From the human T2T-CHM13v2.0 reference genome, Homo sapiens: a stretch of 64,000 nt of DNA. Positions 61,777 through 64,000 of this stretch are shown piece after piece. Numbering within the stretch: position 1 is the first letter of the stretch; each line of letters begins with the position of its first letter. The notes beneath the pieces are model-generated. The model was given only the letters and a program-made list of their open reading frames with translations. It did not search any database and was not told the origin of the DNA. Position numbers and translations under genes: made by a program. Location of the stretch: NCBI RefSeq assembly GCF_009914755.1, contig NC_060928.1, one strand, 5' to 3'.

Positions 61777-62982
61777 GTATTAGTCTCCAAATACTTGGGG
61801 ATTTTCCAGATATCTTCTTGTGATTATTAGTTTAATTCCATGCTGATTAAAGAGCATACTTTGTATAACAAATTTTTTAAGTTTATTGAGACTTTTATTA
61901 TGGTCCAATGTATCAGCTATATTGATAAATGTTTCATGCACACTTGAATATGTTTTCTACTTTTGTTAGTTTGAGTGCTGTACAAATGTTAATTAGGTCA
62001 AGTTAGTTAACAGTGTAGTTTAAGTCTTCTATTTACTTACTGCTTTTCTATTTATTCTGTCAATTATTGAGAGAAAACATTGAAATATGCAACTATAATT
62101 TTTTAAATTTTTCTTGCATTTCTAAAAGAAAATACGTAAAGTTTTTCACCTTATGTATTTTGAAATTCTGTTATTAGATACCTAAACATTTAGGATTGTT
62201 ATGTTCTATTGATTAACTCACACTTTTATCTTTAAGAAAAGGACCTGTTTGTCTGTGGTAATAGTTTGGCTCTGAAATGTACTTTGATACTACATAGCAA
62301 GACTAACTTTTCTTTTATCAGCCTCTCACAACGTTAACATCTCACAAGTATAGTACAATATTAAGAAATTGACATTGATACAATCCATATGACTTATGCA
62401 TATTTTGCCAGTTATACATGTACTCATGTTGGAGAGGGGGCAGGAAGGAATACCTCTGTTGAATTTTATCACATGTAGCTTTACATGAACTACCACAATC
62501 AAAACACTCAACTGATAAAATTCGGTAGAGTTACACCTTACTGCCTTCTCCCCAATATGAGTACATGTATAACCTGCAAAATATGTATAAGCCTGTGGAT
62601 TGTATCAGTGTCAGTTTCTTAATAGTATACTACAGTTGTGTAAGATGTTAACGTTGGGAGAGGCTAAGAAAAGACTGCATGACACTGGCTGCAATCTCCT
62701 GTCAATCTAAAATTATTTCAAAATAAAAGGTGACATATACTATAGTACATACATGACCTTTTGAAATTATTTTTTCACACAGCATCTTGCCCTTTAGGCC
62801 ATCCAAGTTGTTACATGTATTAATAGTTTACTCCTTTATATTAATCAGTAATATGGTATGAATGTACCACTGTTTTATCACTATTCACACTTTGAAGGAC
62901 ATTTGTGTAGTTTCCATTTATTGACTCTTATGAATAAAACTACTATGAATGTGTACAAGTTCCTGAATGAAAATAAGTTTCC

Positions 62983-63205
62983 TTTTTTTTTTTTTTTTGA
63001 CAGAGTTTTGTTCTTTTATCCCAGGCTGGAATGCAATGGCATGATCTCGGCTCAGTGCAAACTCCCCTCCTGGGTTCAAGCGATTCTTCTGCCTCAGCTT
63101 CCTGAGTAGTTGGGATTACAGGCGCCTGCCACCATGCCTGACTAATTTTTGTATTTTTAGTAGAGATGGGGTTTCACCACGTTGGCCAGGCTGGTCTTGA
63201 ACTCC
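62983..63205 (-). mobile_element. 5'-truncated AluS element
   Basis: Reverse Alu; TSD-like aaataa(g/a)tttcc. Confidence 0.93.
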
Positions 63206-64000
63206 CTGAAATAAATTTCCAGGGGAGCAATTGCTGGGCTTTATGTTAAGTCTGTTTTCAGTTTTGAAAACAATTGCTGAACTATTTTCCAGAACGACTG
63301 TACCGTTTTATATTCCCATCAGTGGTGCGTATTGTTTTCTCCACATCTTTGCCAGTATTTGGTGCTATAACTATTTTTTTAGCTGTTCTGATAGATATGT
63401 AGTAATACCTTATTATAGTTTTCATTTTCATTTCTCTAATGGCTAATAATTATGAACATATTTTTATTTATTTGCCATCTGTATATCCTCTTTGATGAAC
63501 TGACTGTTTATATCTTTTGTACATTTTCTAATTCAATTGTTTGTATTCTTCTGTTTGGTTTTGAGAATTTAACACATTGTAGATAAAAGGCCTTTGCCAG
63601 TTACGTGACTTGGCGCATTTATCCCAGTTCATAATTTATCTTTGCATTCTTATAACGCATTATTCACAGAGGAAAAGCTTTTAATGTAAGTAAAATTTAT
63701 CAATTTTTCCTCTTATTAATCATGGTTTTGTTGTCAAGTCTAAAAACTCTTTGCCTAGTTCTAAGTCCTGACGTTTTTCACCTATATTCTTTTCTAGAAG
63801 TTTTATAGTTCATTTTTGTATTTTAAATCTATGATCCATTTTGAGTTAATTGTTGTTTAAAGTGTAAAATTTAGGTTGAGGTTCATTTTTTTTCCAATAA
63901 ATGTGCAATTATCTATTGGCTTTTTAAGTTGATCTTAATTCTGGCAAACTTGTTGAATTCTGTTATTATTTACAAGTTGCTGTTGATCCTGATGCCTTTT

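Larger units (their letters stand above)
60770..64000 (-). mobile_element. Patchwork of ancient L1M fragments, mostly antisense, with nested Alus
   Basis: tatacccaggagcgaaattgctggg, ttcattgatttctgcattgatctttg and tatgatccattttgagttaatt. Confidence 0.7.

Overview
Primate genomic DNA, most likely human or great ape (AluY, AluS/J and L1PA elements present). It is AT-rich and dominated by transposable elements. No known protein-coding gene is recognisable: nearly all ORFs in the track are L1 ORF1/ORF2 fragments, Alu read-throughs or microsatellite translations. The main landmarks are two full-length but dead + strand L1PA elements (3271-9526, L1PA7-like; 52294-58438, L1PA6-like), several truncated L1s, about 14 Alus, MaLR/ERV solo LTRs, a MER47A DNA transposon and L2/MIR relics. 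The best-supported unusual signal is a 148-bp block that is perfectly identical between the two otherwise diverged full-length L1s, 48.9 kb apart. The block shares private mutations, including a 4-bp frameshift at the ORF2 start, which points to ectopic gene conversion. Also notable: open ORF0-like frames in both L1 5'UTRs facing candidate minus-strand exons, an Alu-tail AAAGG/AGGGC/AAGGC repeat, a diverged local duplication (27.3 kb vs 40.6 kb) and a ~125-bp fold-back inverted repeat at 62.3-62.7 kb. Subfamily names and consensus comparisons come from recalled consensus sequences, not a database run. Boundaries of old repeats are approximate.
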